Positions 28,390 through 41,180 of a stretch of DNA of 64,000 nucleotides are shown here, one piece after another. The notes under the pieces were generated by a model. It did not search any database, was not told the DNA's origin, and saw only the letters and a program-made list of their open reading frames with translations. This stretch comes from Octopus vulgaris. Lineage: Eukaryota. The stretch is from the NCBI GenBank assembly GCA_951406725.2, contig OX597833.1, forward strand, positions 56,916,001 through 56,980,000, written 5' to 3'. Numbering within the stretch: the first letter of the stretch is position 1; every line of letters begins with the position of its first letter. Both the position numbers and the translations under genes were made by a program.

Positions 28390-28800
28390 TACTCTTTTAC
28401 TCTTTTACTTGTTTCAGTCATTTTGACTGCGGCCATGCCAGAGCACCGCCTTTAGTTGAGCAAAATGACCCCGGGACTTATTCTTTGTAAGCCCAGTACT
28501 TATTCTATCGGTCTCTTTTTGCTGAACCGCTAAGTGACGGGGACATAAACACACCAGCATCGGTTGTCAAGCAATGCTAGAGGGACAAACACAGACACAC
28601 AAACATACACACATATACATATATACATACATATATATGACAGGCTTCTTTCAGTTTCCGTCTGCCAAATCCACTCACAAGGCTTTGGTCGGCCCGAGGC
28701 TATAGCAGAAGACACTTGCCCAAGATGCCACGCAGTGGGACTGAACCCGGAACCATGTGGTTGGTAAGCAAGCTACTTACCACACAGCCACTCCTGCGCC
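28390..28800 (-). mobile_element. Family A CORE-type SINE
   Basis: Full-length reverse copy ending CACTCCTGCGCC. Confidence 0.88.
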
Positions 28801-29827
28801 TGTATATGTATATGTATTGGTAAAAAAAAAATTACTGCAGAAAACTAGATTGTTTTTTTCTTTTATGAAACTATACATTAATATCTCCAACCAAAATGAA
28901 TGCAGGAATAAATTCTATGGAGAAAATATCTCATTCAAATTACACTATAAATTTTGTTCCTTTGTATCAGTGAGTTCCAGCTATAGAATCACGAGGGCAG
29001 CACCACTTGGAGTTTTCATATCCAGGTAGGGAAATCTAAAGAGAATCAGCTTGATTAGATGCATGTTTTTTTGTTTTTTTTACCAAGTGTTGTATGAATT
29101 TTTTTTTTCTTTTTCGAAGGAAAAACACAAGCGCCAAAGATACAATAGAAGCAAAAATATACCTGGTCAACTTGAAAGACTTGAAAGAAAGACATCAAAG
29201 AATATGATTCAGAACTGACAAAAATCAATACGTAGGAAGTTAAGTATTAGTTACATAATTGAGTTATAAGCTACAACCATTTTAGTGTAACAAGTGTTAA
29301 TGTTTCAATGTCTAGAGATAAAAGAGAAGAGAGATTATATAACTTTACTATTATATATTATTACACACACCCACACACACACACACATATGATAAAAACG
29401 TGAAAAGGAACAAAACATATTCATTTCTTCTTCTAATAGTGTACAGAGGCAGTGTAGATCTGTTACATCATTTATATCAATTAATTACCAGTCTCTCGAG
29501 TTGGGTTTAGACAGAATGGTTATGTTACAAAGCAGGCATATCAAGCATCACTACGAAATTCCTCAGACAAACGCTCTAAGATCCATCACATGTTCTTAAT
29601 TAAACCAAAGCACAAGTTGGACATTACGTAACACTGATGTACTTCTCACAGATAAAAAAAAAGTACTCAGGTGAAAGGTATTAACGAATTTGAATATGCC
29701 GAAGTCAAAAGTGGTATTGAAATTATGAGACACTGAAGAATTTTATAGAATATATATATATATATATGATGCTCTCAGAGATTCATTTCAAGTAAAAACC
29801 AAACTAAAGTTAAACTTTTACAAGTCT

Positions 29828-29841
29828 GTTGTCATGGTAAC
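29828..29841. promoter_or_regulatory. RFX X-box (candidate internal promoter/enhancer)
   Basis: GTTGTCATGGTAAC is a near-consensus 14-bp X-box in unique sequence with locally retained CpGs. Confidence 0.5.
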
Positions 29842-30448
29842 CAGTATTCATGAACATGAGTCATAAGCCAGTTTACATAACAAGCCTATAAAACAGTTTT
29901 AGCAGCTCCATATGCATTCTATGTGGTCTATCAAGCATATTCACTATCAAGAGTCTATGACTAACACAATTACCATTAAATCAATGCTAATAAAAACAAC
30001 AACGTAATTCTAATAATATTGGACACGGGATCAAAACAGTGGAAGGCAATGTTGCGTGATAAACACTTTATGAGCAAACTGTCAAATAAGAGTTGCAAAG
30101 TCAGTAAATTAGGACATAGATCTCAAGTAACTGGGGAATATATTTAAGAGGATGTGGATTAATCTTAAAAAAAAAGCAACAAGTAAGACTTGAAATAAGA
30201 ACAGGAAAGAGAAATGAAATCCTGGATTATTGATTCGAATCTTTACAATTTAATAAATAAAGTATTTATTTGCTTACAAAGTACTAATGTACTTTTAATT
30301 TTAAAGTTTTATAAAATTTACTTATTATTTAAGCTCGACTCATTTTATCAATTTTTATTTGCTGAACTACTAAGTTATGGGCAAAAGTAACAACACATAT
30401 GCACACATTTATACATACACTCACTCACACATATATACATATACATAT

Positions 30449-30856
30449 AGGCGCAGGAGTGGTTGTGTGGTAAGTAGCTTGCTTACCAACCACATGGTTC
30501 CAGGTTCAGTCCCACTGCGTAGCACCTTGGGCAAGTGTCTTCTACTATAGCCTCGGGCCGACCAATGCCTTGTGAGTGGATTTGGTAGATGGAAACTGAA
30601 AGAAGCCTGTCATATATATGTATATATATATATATGTGTGTGTGTGTTTGTGTGTCTGTGTTTGTCCCCCTAGCATTGCTTGACAACCGATGCTGGTGTG
30701 TTTACATCCCCATCACTTAGCGGTTTGGCAAAAAGAGACCAATAGAATAAGTACTGGGCTTACAAAGAATAAGTCCCGGGGTCGATTTGCTCGACTAAAG
30801 GCGGTGCTCCACCATGGCTGCAGTCAGATGACTGAAACAAGTAAAAGAATAAAAGA
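30449..30856 (+). mobile_element. Family A CORE-type SINE
   Basis: Full-length copy. Confidence 0.88.
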
Positions 30857-31035
30857 ATACATATATACATACACACAAACATATATGCATGCATGGGCAG
30901 CCCTCATCCCCCCCCCCCCCCGCACACACACACATATTCTTCTGTACAGTTCCCATCTCCTAAATTCTGCTCATAAGTATTGGTCAATTTAAGGCTATAG
31001 CAGAAACCATTTGCCTGAAGTGCTACAGAGTGAGA

Positions 31036-31742
31036 TTAACCCAGTCGTTACTGTATTTATTTTGAGATGTTCTGTGTTTCTTTCAATTAACTTTAACCCT
31101 TTCGTTACTGTATTTATTTTGAGATGCTCTGTGTTTCTTTCAATTACTTTAAATATGACAAAGAATCTAGTAAAATAACTTAGTCATAATTCAGCTAGTG
31201 TTAGGAACATAAATTATGACTAAGGTTTGGAGTGGAAGATTTTAATTCAAAACTTATGAAAACAAGACATTTGTACTCCAGAGACAGAGCCAGTTTCAGC
31301 CGGGTTGGTAACAAAAGGGTTAAATATAACAAAGAATTTAGTAAAATAACTTAGTTATCATTCAGCTTGTGTTAGGAACATAAACTGTGACTAAGGTTTG
31401 GTGTGGAAGATTTTAATTCAAAACTTATGAAAACAAGACATTTGTACTACAGAGCCAGAGCCAGTTTCAGCCGGGTTGGTAACGGAAGGGTTAAATATAA
31501 CAAAGAATTTAGTAAAATAACTTAGTTATCATTCAGCTTGTGTTAGGAACATAAATTAATGAAAGGGTTAAATATAACAAAGAATTTAGTAAAATAACTT
31601 AATTATCATTCAGCTTGTGTTAGGAACATAAACTGTGACTAAGGTTTGGAGTGGAAGATTTTAATTCAAAACTTATGAAAACAAGACATTTGTACTACAG
31701 AGCCAGAGCCAGTTTCAGCCGGGTTGGTAACGGAAGGGTTAA
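31036..31742. mobile_element. Self-nested / tandem piggyBac MITE family 1 array
   Basis: Two left ends (31036, 31093) and four right ends AAGGGTTAA (31323, 31494, 31571, 31742). Confidence 0.85.
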
Positions 31743-31959
31743 ACTGAAAACCAGGAAGTTGTGGAACAAGCTTCTTAACTACATAATCATGCTTGTATCT
31801 TATGAATGCTGTTTACTCTAAAACAATAAGAGTAAAATCAAATACTTATGTTTTTCTCATTATTCAAATTTGAATTTAAAAGTCTAGACTTGATTTTTTT
31901 AAAAACTTGTGTTTTGAATTAACATATGCAGTTTATTTTGCACAATCAGTTCCATATAT

Positions 31960-32167
31960 TTACTCTTTTACTTGTTTCAGTCATTAGACTGCGGCCATGC
32001 TGGAGCACCGCCTTTAGTCGAGCAAATCGACCCCGGGACTTATTCTTTGTAAGCCCAGTACTTATTCTATCGGTCTCTTTTGCCGAACCGCTAAGTGACG
32101 GGGACATAAACACACCAGCATCGGTTGTCAAGCAATGCTAGGGGGACAAACACACACACAAACGTAT

Positions 32168-32214
<47 letters not shown>

Positions 32215-32378
32215 TACGACAGGCTTCTTTCAGTTTCCGTCTACCAAATCCACTCACAAGGCATTGGTCGGCCCGGGGCTATAGCAGAAGACACTTGCCC
32301 AGGATGCCACACAGTGGGACTGAACCCGGAACCATGTGGTTGGTGAGCAAGCTACTTACCACACAGCCACTCCTGCGT
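31960..32378 (-). mobile_element. Family A CORE-type SINE
   Basis: Full-length reverse copy. Confidence 0.88.
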
Positions 32379-33196
32379 CTATGAACATGAAACTAAATTC
32401 TACAGATTTTTGCATATACTGTGCAGTGTGCACATTCAATATTACACACAAAACTGGGGAAATGAGAAAAAAACAGAACAGATAAATTTTTTGTTCTATA
32501 CTTTTAATTTAACAATGTGTATTATAAAGGAAACACATGTAGTAAGGTTTTTAGTTTCCAGATGCTGGTTGCAAAGAGAGAGGAAAACCAGGATAACATC
32601 CTTACTATGATATAACATCCTTACTATGATGACTTTACCAAATCCTTTGTTACAATATTTGTTAAAATACATTGCCTTTGTTTCAATTAATTTTGAAAGT
32701 AATGAGAATTTGATAAAATAACTTTTCCATGCATAAATTAACACAGAATTCTTAAACAGGAAGTTTGTATCATAGAACCAGCGGAAGGAGAAGGCCGTCT
32801 TAGATGAATGGTATCAAAAAGGATGAAGCCAAGAATTACTTTAATTTTCTTAATATCATTAGCATTATATTTCACTGACATTACATAATGTTTAAAGAAA
32901 AAAAAACATTTTAAATAATGTTGCAAAATCCAGATTATATGATAATTATTATTGTCTTCTATTCAAAATGATAGAGTCATTCTTGGAGAAATGTGCACAT
33001 TAGATCAATTCCAGTACTCAACTGGTACTTGTTTATCAACCCTGGAAGGATGGAAGGTGAAGTCAACATTGGTAGGATTTGAACTCAGAACATAAAGGCA
33101 TACATTTCTGTTCTACCATGTGTTAGGTGGGTCTTCACAGTCCATATAAGATCTATTTGGAGTTACTGCACTCTTAGATGCATTGATGTGTTAGAA

Positions 33197-33394
33197 CAGT
33201 GGTTTTCAACCAGGGTTCCACGGAACCTTAGGGTTCCGCAAGAAGTTACAAAACTGCTCAAATCGGCAGTAATTTTTAATTCTCCTGTGCAGATATGTAT
33301 GCATAAGACTATTAAATTACTGCACAGGGGTTCCTCAAGCCAGTGGAATGTTTCCTTGGGGGTTCCGCTCCAGCAAAAAGTTTGAAAAGCACTA
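33197..33394. mobile_element. hAT (Charlie-like) MITE
   Basis: TIR CAGTGGTTTTCAA...TTGAAAAGCACTA; 8-bp TSD TGTTAGAA. Confidence 0.88.
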
Positions 33395-34924
33395 TGTTAG
33401 AAGACCATGTTCTGCTTGGACATTTCATTTTTGGTTTCGTTTCTATGGCTGGATACTGTTCCTAACTCTAAACAATTTACAGAGTGTACTGGGTGCATTT
33501 TATCATGGCACTAGCACTAGGAGATGATTTGTAAATATATTATATTCCACGATATTTTGCCCAGTTCAACGAAATCAAAATATTACATTTTTTGAGGGAA
33601 AAATACATATATGTTTTTCGCCCTGCCATGAGCTTAAACTTAGTTTCAAGCTTACACATGATTTCATGATTCACTCCTCTTGGGGAAAAGAAATATAAGA
33701 GGCTCTATCAGGATTTTTAAAGAAAAAAATATAGGTATCTGTTTCCTAGTAATATAATCATTCCTTTGTGGTTTGACTAAAACTACTTAAAACAATATTT
33801 TCCAATTGTATATGATGTCACACAAAACTTTATATGATCTAACACAGAGAAAAGATGGCAGCACTCCAACAGGAACATAACTATATGGATTGAGGCCAAC
33901 AATAGAACCTACATGCAGGCATTCAAAACTGCTAGAATTAACAGCGAAATTTCTCTCAACTCAAACCTTCCTATCTGAGAAACAGGACATATCCATTAAG
34001 TAATGTAATCTTGGAGATTCAGAAAGATTGGATGATCATGGCTGGAACGCTTTTGAATTAGTGCAAAAGTTCATTAGATAGACCTGTTTGATTAGTGTTT
34101 ACTGGAGTCTAACTAACAACAGTAACTACGGTTTTAGACTAATTAAACATTATATATCATCACATTATGCTTTTCTTAATTTATTTGTAATTAAACAATC
34201 ATCATTTCCCCCAGTTTACAAATGAGACAGTGAATTTACAGAACACCCTACAGATGTACAATGTTAAACCGGAATTTTCTATACTCATAGAATTCTTAGA
34301 TTCAGTAAAGGTTTGTTTTTCCCAGTCCAGCATGGTGAAAGCAGAAATGAATTCAAATGTAAAGAATAAAAAGCACTGGAGTTAGCATACAATAAACATA
34401 TTATAGGGTATTAGAAACAAGTCACACAAAATAAAAATGCTCCAACCACTAGCCCACAGATTTGCTCTTTCCCTTCTCCTCTCTGTTATAATAACTTCTG
34501 ATGTTCTGAACTAAAAAGCTGCATGCTACTTCTACCTAGGCTCTTCCACTTTCTTGCATCCTTATCCTTTTCTGGTTCACTCAACTAAATTTCACACTTA
34601 ACCCACTTATTCCTCTCTAATCATCATTAACTAGAAGTTCAAGTAAAATATCAATCTTAGGATTCTGAGGATACTGCTTCCTCTGACTTAAAAAGAAAAA
34701 AGAAAGTAATTTTGCCTCTTAAAGGGAAGGCAGGATAAACTAATACACCAACAGCATTTTCGCCTGTGAAACCTGAAAGAAAACAGCAAAGATCTCTCAA
34801 TTCCAGGTATCCCTTATTGGGATAGAGTGTGAACCAAAGAGGTGATGAGAAGAGCCGGCATGGAGAGTTTGCAGGATGTGGTGATGAAGTGGCAGATGTG
34901 GTTTACTGGCCAATGTGCTATAAA

Positions 34925-35145
34925 TACCTATTTCTTTACTACCCACAAGGGGCTAAACACAGAGGGGACAAACATGGATTAAGTCGATTACATCGACCCC
35001 AGTGCGTAACTGGTACTTAATTTATCGACCCCAAAAGGATGAAAGGCAAAGTCGACCTCGGTGGAATTTGAACTCAGAACGTAATGGCAGACGAAATACG
35101 GTTACGCATTTCGCCCGGTGTGCTAACGATTCTGCCAGCTTGCCG
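34925..35145 (-). mobile_element. Nin-domain tRNA-SINE (family B)
   Basis: Reverse complement has a tRNA-like head GGC.AGCTGGCAGAA, B box GAGTTCAAATTCC and core GCCTTTCATCCTTT.GGGGTCGATAAA. Confidence 0.82.
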
Positions 35146-35593
35146 CCAATGTGCTATAAATACCGCAGGAAAGACATGTTATTATCGTGATGGAATGGAT
35201 GCTGGAAAGAGGAAAAAGACTGAGGGGAAAAGTAAGGAAGATGTGGTGCAGTATGTTCCAGGATGGCATGATAGAGATGGGAGTTGGTCCGAGTGGAGCG
35301 TAGAGGAAAGCAAGCAATCAGGATGTTTAGAGAAGGTTTCTGGACTGTTGTGCTAAGAGCTAAGAAGGACACGCATGACAAAGTAGCTAAATACAAGTGC
35401 AGATGTGGTCATACAGAGAAGTATGCTTTACACTAACATGGCTCCTGATTTGAATCCTACAGCACAACTGCCTTTAACAAAGTCTACTCTGTTGTAAACA
35501 TTTAGATCAGGTCTTGAGTTTGAATACAACATATTCCCATCAATTTCAGAGACCCTGTAAAAGGTTATGGGTGTTATCCTTTTCCTCCTGCTA

Positions 35594-35820
35594 TTTACCC
35601 TTTAGTATTTAAACTGGCCATATCCGGCCAAAATACTTAATCTGTTTTATGCTCAAACTGACCAGATCCAGGCCCTCACACCTACCCTACAACGTTATTC
35701 TACATTAAGTAGTTACACCATCAACATCTTGAAGATATGAGATAATGCATGATTAATTCAAATCAATGGGAATCAATAGCCATTATGTTTGATAGAATAA
35801 TCTGAACACTAAAGGGTTAA
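35594..35820. mobile_element. piggyBac MITE family 2
   Basis: CCCTTTAG...CTAAAGGG termini with TTTA/TTAA flanks. Confidence 0.8.
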
Positions 35821-37808
35821 ATTATTAATGAAAAAAAAAAAGCTTTGTGAGTAGATGGAAACTGTGTGGAAGCCCATCAGATGAACTGAACCTATTATTG
35901 AGTGACAAACTTAACCTCACCTAATTTAACATAACCACTAATCCCTTGGGGGTGCCTTTAGGAGATTCACATTGTTGCAAGTATTTGGACCAGGTACAAA
36001 ATCTTCGTATCTTTGTGTACTGCAGAGTAATTTGTTCCTCCCAAACAAACTTAGACACTGCACTGAAGGCATGCTGAATAAGAGAAACCTTGCTTAAAAA
36101 CAGGTAAGGGTTAGCAACAAGAAGGTCGTCTGGTTGTAAAACAATGCCTCAACAATATATTCATCTAACTCATGCTAGCATTAAAAAAAAGAAGTAAAAA
36201 CGAACTTTAATTTTGCACTGAAAATTTTCTATGTATCTAAACACCTCTAAAATAATATAAGTCTATCAAGGGAATCCTCTATGTGGTTGCATATCATGCT
36301 AGAAATAACAGCTAAGACTCCTTCAAATCACATCCTATCGTCTTAAAACCGGGCACATTAGAGAATGTAGTTCGAGAGAGGTGTAGCACGAATGGAGTGA
36401 ACAGCACATTCCACCACTCCCACCTGGTTCAGGTGTGCAAAATTTCTCCTGACCCACAGTGTTGTGAACTCTTGTTCTTGATATACAAAAAAATAGTTAT
36501 GGCAAGATCCTTTTGGTCATAGGCCTACTTGACCAGAGTTGACCTGGAGCTAAACAACAGCATAAGTTCATACATATTTCATAGAATCGACTTCAGGGCT
36601 AGTTAGAAGAAGTTAAGTACCAGTCGAGTATACAGGCATCCAATTTCGTTTTAAATTCAAAACTTCATAAAACTATAACTATAATTATAAATTTAATCCT
36701 TAAAATTAATATCAAAAACTTAATACATCTTTACGGTCTGAGTTCAGATCTCGCTAAGCCATTCTTTCAAAAACGATATATAAAATTTTCAGTTGTCTTG
36801 ATTAATCGAACCCTAACCCACACACTAAATTTGGAAAACATTATAAATCTTTTTCATTTCCTTTCTTTTCTTCTTTTCGTTTAAATAATTAGCTATTACC
36901 TGTTAACGTCTCTTAAAGTTAATATTTCTCATTAATTAAAATTATATGCAAATGCAAGGGAAATAACTCCTATCAAAGTCTGGAAATCGGTTTCAAATAT
37001 AATGAACTAACGGAGAACTATAAATATATATTGTAACTATTTATAAAGTTTGAGGTTTAGTGTAACTATTTTTGTTGCCGGAGTCCTGAGTTAGCCTTGA
37101 CACGCCCGCACGTATGATCAAAGGTGTAACCATCCAGTCGTTTTTGTTCAAATATATATTTTATATATATTTATATATATATTGAAAAATACACCATCTG
37201 GGAGGTCTTTCCTTCTTTCACAGTAGGGTGTGGTCTGGCTGCTATTTCTAGCAGGCTGAAGAAACTCCGTAGAGGTTTATACTATTTACAGAAATTGCAG
37301 GTTTTAGATATACGCAGACATGGAAACAAACTATATCATTTTTCTCTTCGGGTAGAAACGTAGATGAAATAAGCAATCTTCAAGGGCATGCTTGCAGCTG
37401 ATTCTATTCTGAGTTCATATTCATTAAGAAATTCCTTTTCCAAACACCAATTAAGGATTTATTCGATATATAAATGTGAACTTATACATAAAAACTAAAA
37501 AGTGAAACCTTGTCGGTGTCGGATAAATATCCACTACTTTTCACTAATGGTATGTAATAGATTTATTTTTCGAAAACAGGAAGAGACTAAATATCTAATT
37601 AATTTAAGTTTAACGAAATTAATGCAAATATGCTACACTGATATATTTCGTTATTTACATCGGATAAGTTGTGTAGGAATGATGACATCATACTCCAGTC
37701 ATTCTCAGTACAAGTCAACATAAGAGCTTCTAAGTGATGTTAGAAATAGCAGCCAAATCTCCTGAAATAAAACTTTTTTTGTCATAAAAAAACAACAACA
37801 GAAAACTA

Positions 37809-38273
37809 GGATCTTTTCCTTTTGAACGGCAGTTTGTAACGTAATTTCTAGGTAACTAAAAAGTTTTAAACTTCGTTTACTGGTAGAATGTGTTTATAAA
37901 ATATTTTCTCTTGGTTTTATTGAGAAAATTCTATAGTTTGAAAGATATTTCGTCTGAAAATCCGAGCATTTCGGCAATTTTAACCAATCGATTACCTCCA
38001 TTTAACTAAAATCATTTGCTGCGTCTAAAACTGAGACAACATCCTATAACTAACCCTAAACCTCCCCCTAACCCTAAATTTTTTTTTCTTAATTGTTAAA
38101 TTAATTTAATTATTTTCCATTGCTTTAGTTTTTTTTTACACGCGTAACAAATTAATTTAACAATTAATAAAAAAAAAATTTAGGGTTAGGGTTAGTGGGA
38201 GGGGGAGGTTTAGGGTTAGTTACAAAGTGTTTAGTTAACTAGAAATTGTCTGCCGTTCAAAAGGAAAAGATCC
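37809..38273. mobile_element. Merlin-like MITE with internal telomere-like palindrome
   Basis: TIR GGATCTTTTCCTTTTGAACGGCAG; 8-bp TSD GAAAACTA. GG termini with an 8-bp TSD fit Merlin/IS1016. Confidence 0.75.
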
Positions 38274-38347
38274 GAAAACTAGATAATGTGGCCCGGCGGA
38301 GGTAAAAAATATGCCCATCACCCGTTTTTGGCGTAACAAAAAACTTA

Positions 38348-38990
38348 ACCTATTTCTTTATTACCCACAAGGGGCTAAACACAGAGGAGACAAACAAGGA
38401 CAGACATAGGTATTAAATCGATTACATCGACCCCAGTGCGTAACTGGTACTTAATTTATCGACCCCGAAAGGATGAAAGGCAAAGTCGACCTCGGCGGAA
38501 TTTGAACTCACAACGTAACGCAGACGAAATACCGCTAAGCATTTCGCCCAGCGTGCTAACTTAACCCTAACCCTAAACACCGAGTGTGCGTATTCTTTAC
38601 CTTCGCCATGTAACCCTAGATACACATTATCTGGAGAGAGAGAGAAAAAAAAAGAAAGCGAGATAAACTCATTAGAGCGCCGAACAAAATACGACTACGT
38701 TTCTTTACGTCCTTAATTCAAATCCTGTCAGTTTTTTTTTTTCCCGAGGTCGATAAGGTACCTATTTCTTTACTACCCATAAGGGGCTAAACACAGAGAG
38801 GACAAACAAGGACAGACAAACGGATTAAGTCGATTATATCGGCCACAGTGCGTAACTGGTACTTATTTAATCGACCCCGAAAGGATGAAAGGCAAAGTTG
38901 ACCTCGGCGGAATTTGAACTCAGAACGTAGCGGCAGCCGAAATACCGCTAAGCATTTCGCCCGGCGTGCTAACGTTTCTGCCAGCTCGCC
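38348..38990 (-). mobile_element. Two family B Nin-SINE copies (38348-38560, 38758-38990)
   Basis: Same sequence as 34925-35145, with CpGs intact. Confidence 0.85.
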
Positions 38991-39586
38991 AGATAAGGTA
39001 CCAGTTAAGGACAGGAGCCGATTTAATATTCCTTTAAAGCATCCTATATCTAAATAGAAATATAATAGCAGACGCTCCATCAAGACTCAGAGGCTCTGGT
39101 ACAACAGTTAAATAAAATTTGTAACTAATTTCTGGTTGGGAGCAGAACCGTCTTAACAGCATTATAGGCCCCCGGGCAAAATAATGCACTGGGGCTTCCA
39201 CATACACAACTGCACCATACACAGATTAGCATTGTGCCCCCTAAGCCCATGGGGCCTAGTGTGGTGTGCCTTACGAAGGCACTGGAAGGGTGACAGAAAC
39301 ATGCTTTATTTTAAGTAAATTGTAATGTGCAGGTGTAAAATTTATACATATTAGAAATAACGAAAATGTAAGTCTGGAAAAAGCTTTATATAATTATCTA
39401 CACGTTTATTCTTTCTCAATATATCTATCACGTTTTGTGCTCTGCTTAAATTATGAGGTTTTATTGGGTTTTAAAGGTGGATAATGCATTCACAAATACG
39501 TGTGCAGTTTCACAAACATGTATGTCTATATCATTGTGTTTGGGCAAACAATCCACATAAAAATGGATATATATATATATATATAT

Positions 39587-39897
39587 AGGAGCACTCCGTC
39601 GGTTACGACGACGAGGGTCCCAACTGATACGATCAACGGAACAGTCTGCTCGTGAAATTAACGTGCGAGTGACTGAGCAATCCACAGACACGCGTACCCC
39701 TAACGTAGTTCTCAGGGAGATTCAGCGTGACAAGGCTGGCCCCTTTGAAATACAGGTACAACTCATTTTTGCCAGCTGAGTGGACTGGAGCAACATGAAA
39801 TAAAGTGTCTTGCTCAAGGACACAACGCGTCGCCGGGAATCGAACTCATGACTTTACAATCGTGAACCGAATGCCCTAACCACTAAGTCACGCGCCT
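39587..39897 (-). mobile_element. tRNA-derived SINE (family H)
   Basis: Reverse complement has head GGCGCGTGACTTAGTGGTTAGGGC, B box GAGTTCGATTCCC and TGTGTCCTTGAGCAAGACAC. Its 3' part is shared with 46664-47026. Confidence 0.8.
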
Positions 39898-40117
39898 TCA
39901 CACATAAAAATGACTAAAACCACGAACCGAGGCGCGGACAGAAGCACATTAGCGAGAGAATGGAAGCTGAAAGGCTCATGTCTTTGGAAATGAGAAGACA
40001 CACTACAAAACTTCATCGCCATGAGCAACATCTTGTACAGTGCATTGATGGTAGAGCATAAAAAATATCTTAAGAGATAGAGGAAAAAAAGCTGACGTCT
40101 TTAACCGTGAGCTTTCA

Positions 40118-40343
40118 ATACCTATTTCTTTATTACCCACAAGGGGCTAAACATAGAGGCGACAAACAAGGACAGACATAGGTATTAAGTCGATTACATC
40201 GACCCCAGTGCGTAACGGGTACTTAATTTATCGACCCCGAAAGGACGAAAGGCAAAGTCGACCTCGGCGGAATTTGAACTCACAACGTAGCGACAGACAA
40301 AATACGGCTACGCATTTCGCCCGGCGTGCTAACGTTTCTGCCA
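40118..40343 (-). mobile_element. Family B Nin-SINE
   Basis: Same family as 38758-38990. Confidence 0.85.
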
Positions 40344-40805
40344 CCGAACTCAATAGCATTACACAACTAAACGCTAAGCGCAGGGTTTAAAACTTATCAA
40401 ACAAATGCTCAAGACAGTGTTTAACTAAAACACATGAGGGCCCTTAGACTACAACGCATTACAATCTCAATTCCAAATGCCTTATTTGGGGGTGGCGTAA
40501 CTGAGTAGTGGATAGAAGACGCATTCGAAAGGATAAGAAGGCGTCCTAGAAGCGAATGGACAAAGCGTTCTAGATGCAAATGGAATCACCGTATTTAAAG
40601 CATTAAAGACGCATTCCAATTTCAATAGCACATATTCAAGGCAAAAAAATGTTTAGAATATGCATTAAAGCAAGGGTTCTCATAGCCATTCTATGTATAT
40701 ATAAAAAAAAATCTTGCTGTATTTTTGATAATTAAATATTATCAGGAATTACAAAAAAAAAAAAAAAAATTAATATTTTGAGTATTGTAGAAGTAACCAA
40801 TTTAT

Positions 40806-41180
40806 TGCTCTTTTACTTGTTTCAGTCATTTGACTGCGGCCATGCTGGAGCACCGCCTTTAATCGAGCAACTCGACCCCGGGACTTATTCTTTTGTAAGC
40901 CCAGTTACTTATTCTATCGGTCTCTTTTGCCGAACCGCTAAGTAACGGGGACATAAACACACCAGCATCGGTTGTCAAGCAATGCTAGGGGGACAAACAC
41001 AGACACACGCATATATATATATACATATATACGACGGGCTTCTATCAGTTTCCGTCTACCAAATCCACTCACAAGGCTTTAATCGACCCGAGGCTATAGT
41101 AGAAGACACTTGTCCAAGGTGCCACGCAGTGGGACTGAACCCGGAACCATGTGGTTGGTAAACAAGCTACTTACCACACA
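40806..41180 (-). mobile_element. Family A CORE-type SINE
   Basis: Reverse copy. Confidence 0.88.

Larger units (their letters stand above)
384..36900 (-). other. Inferred large, mostly intronic minus-strand transcription unit of unknown identity
   Basis: Minus-strand donors at 36900 (CAG|gtaata), 29163, 16666 (AAG|gtgagt), 4916 and 1552; acceptors at 34772, 29214, 16296, 4269 and 477. The plus strand is A-rich and CpG-depleted. No protein family was recognised. Confidence 0.35.

Noticed and set aside
28530-32346. Recurrent ORFs such as MSSNARGTN...GLNPEPCGW
   Set aside because: They are translations of family A SINE copies, not a gene family.
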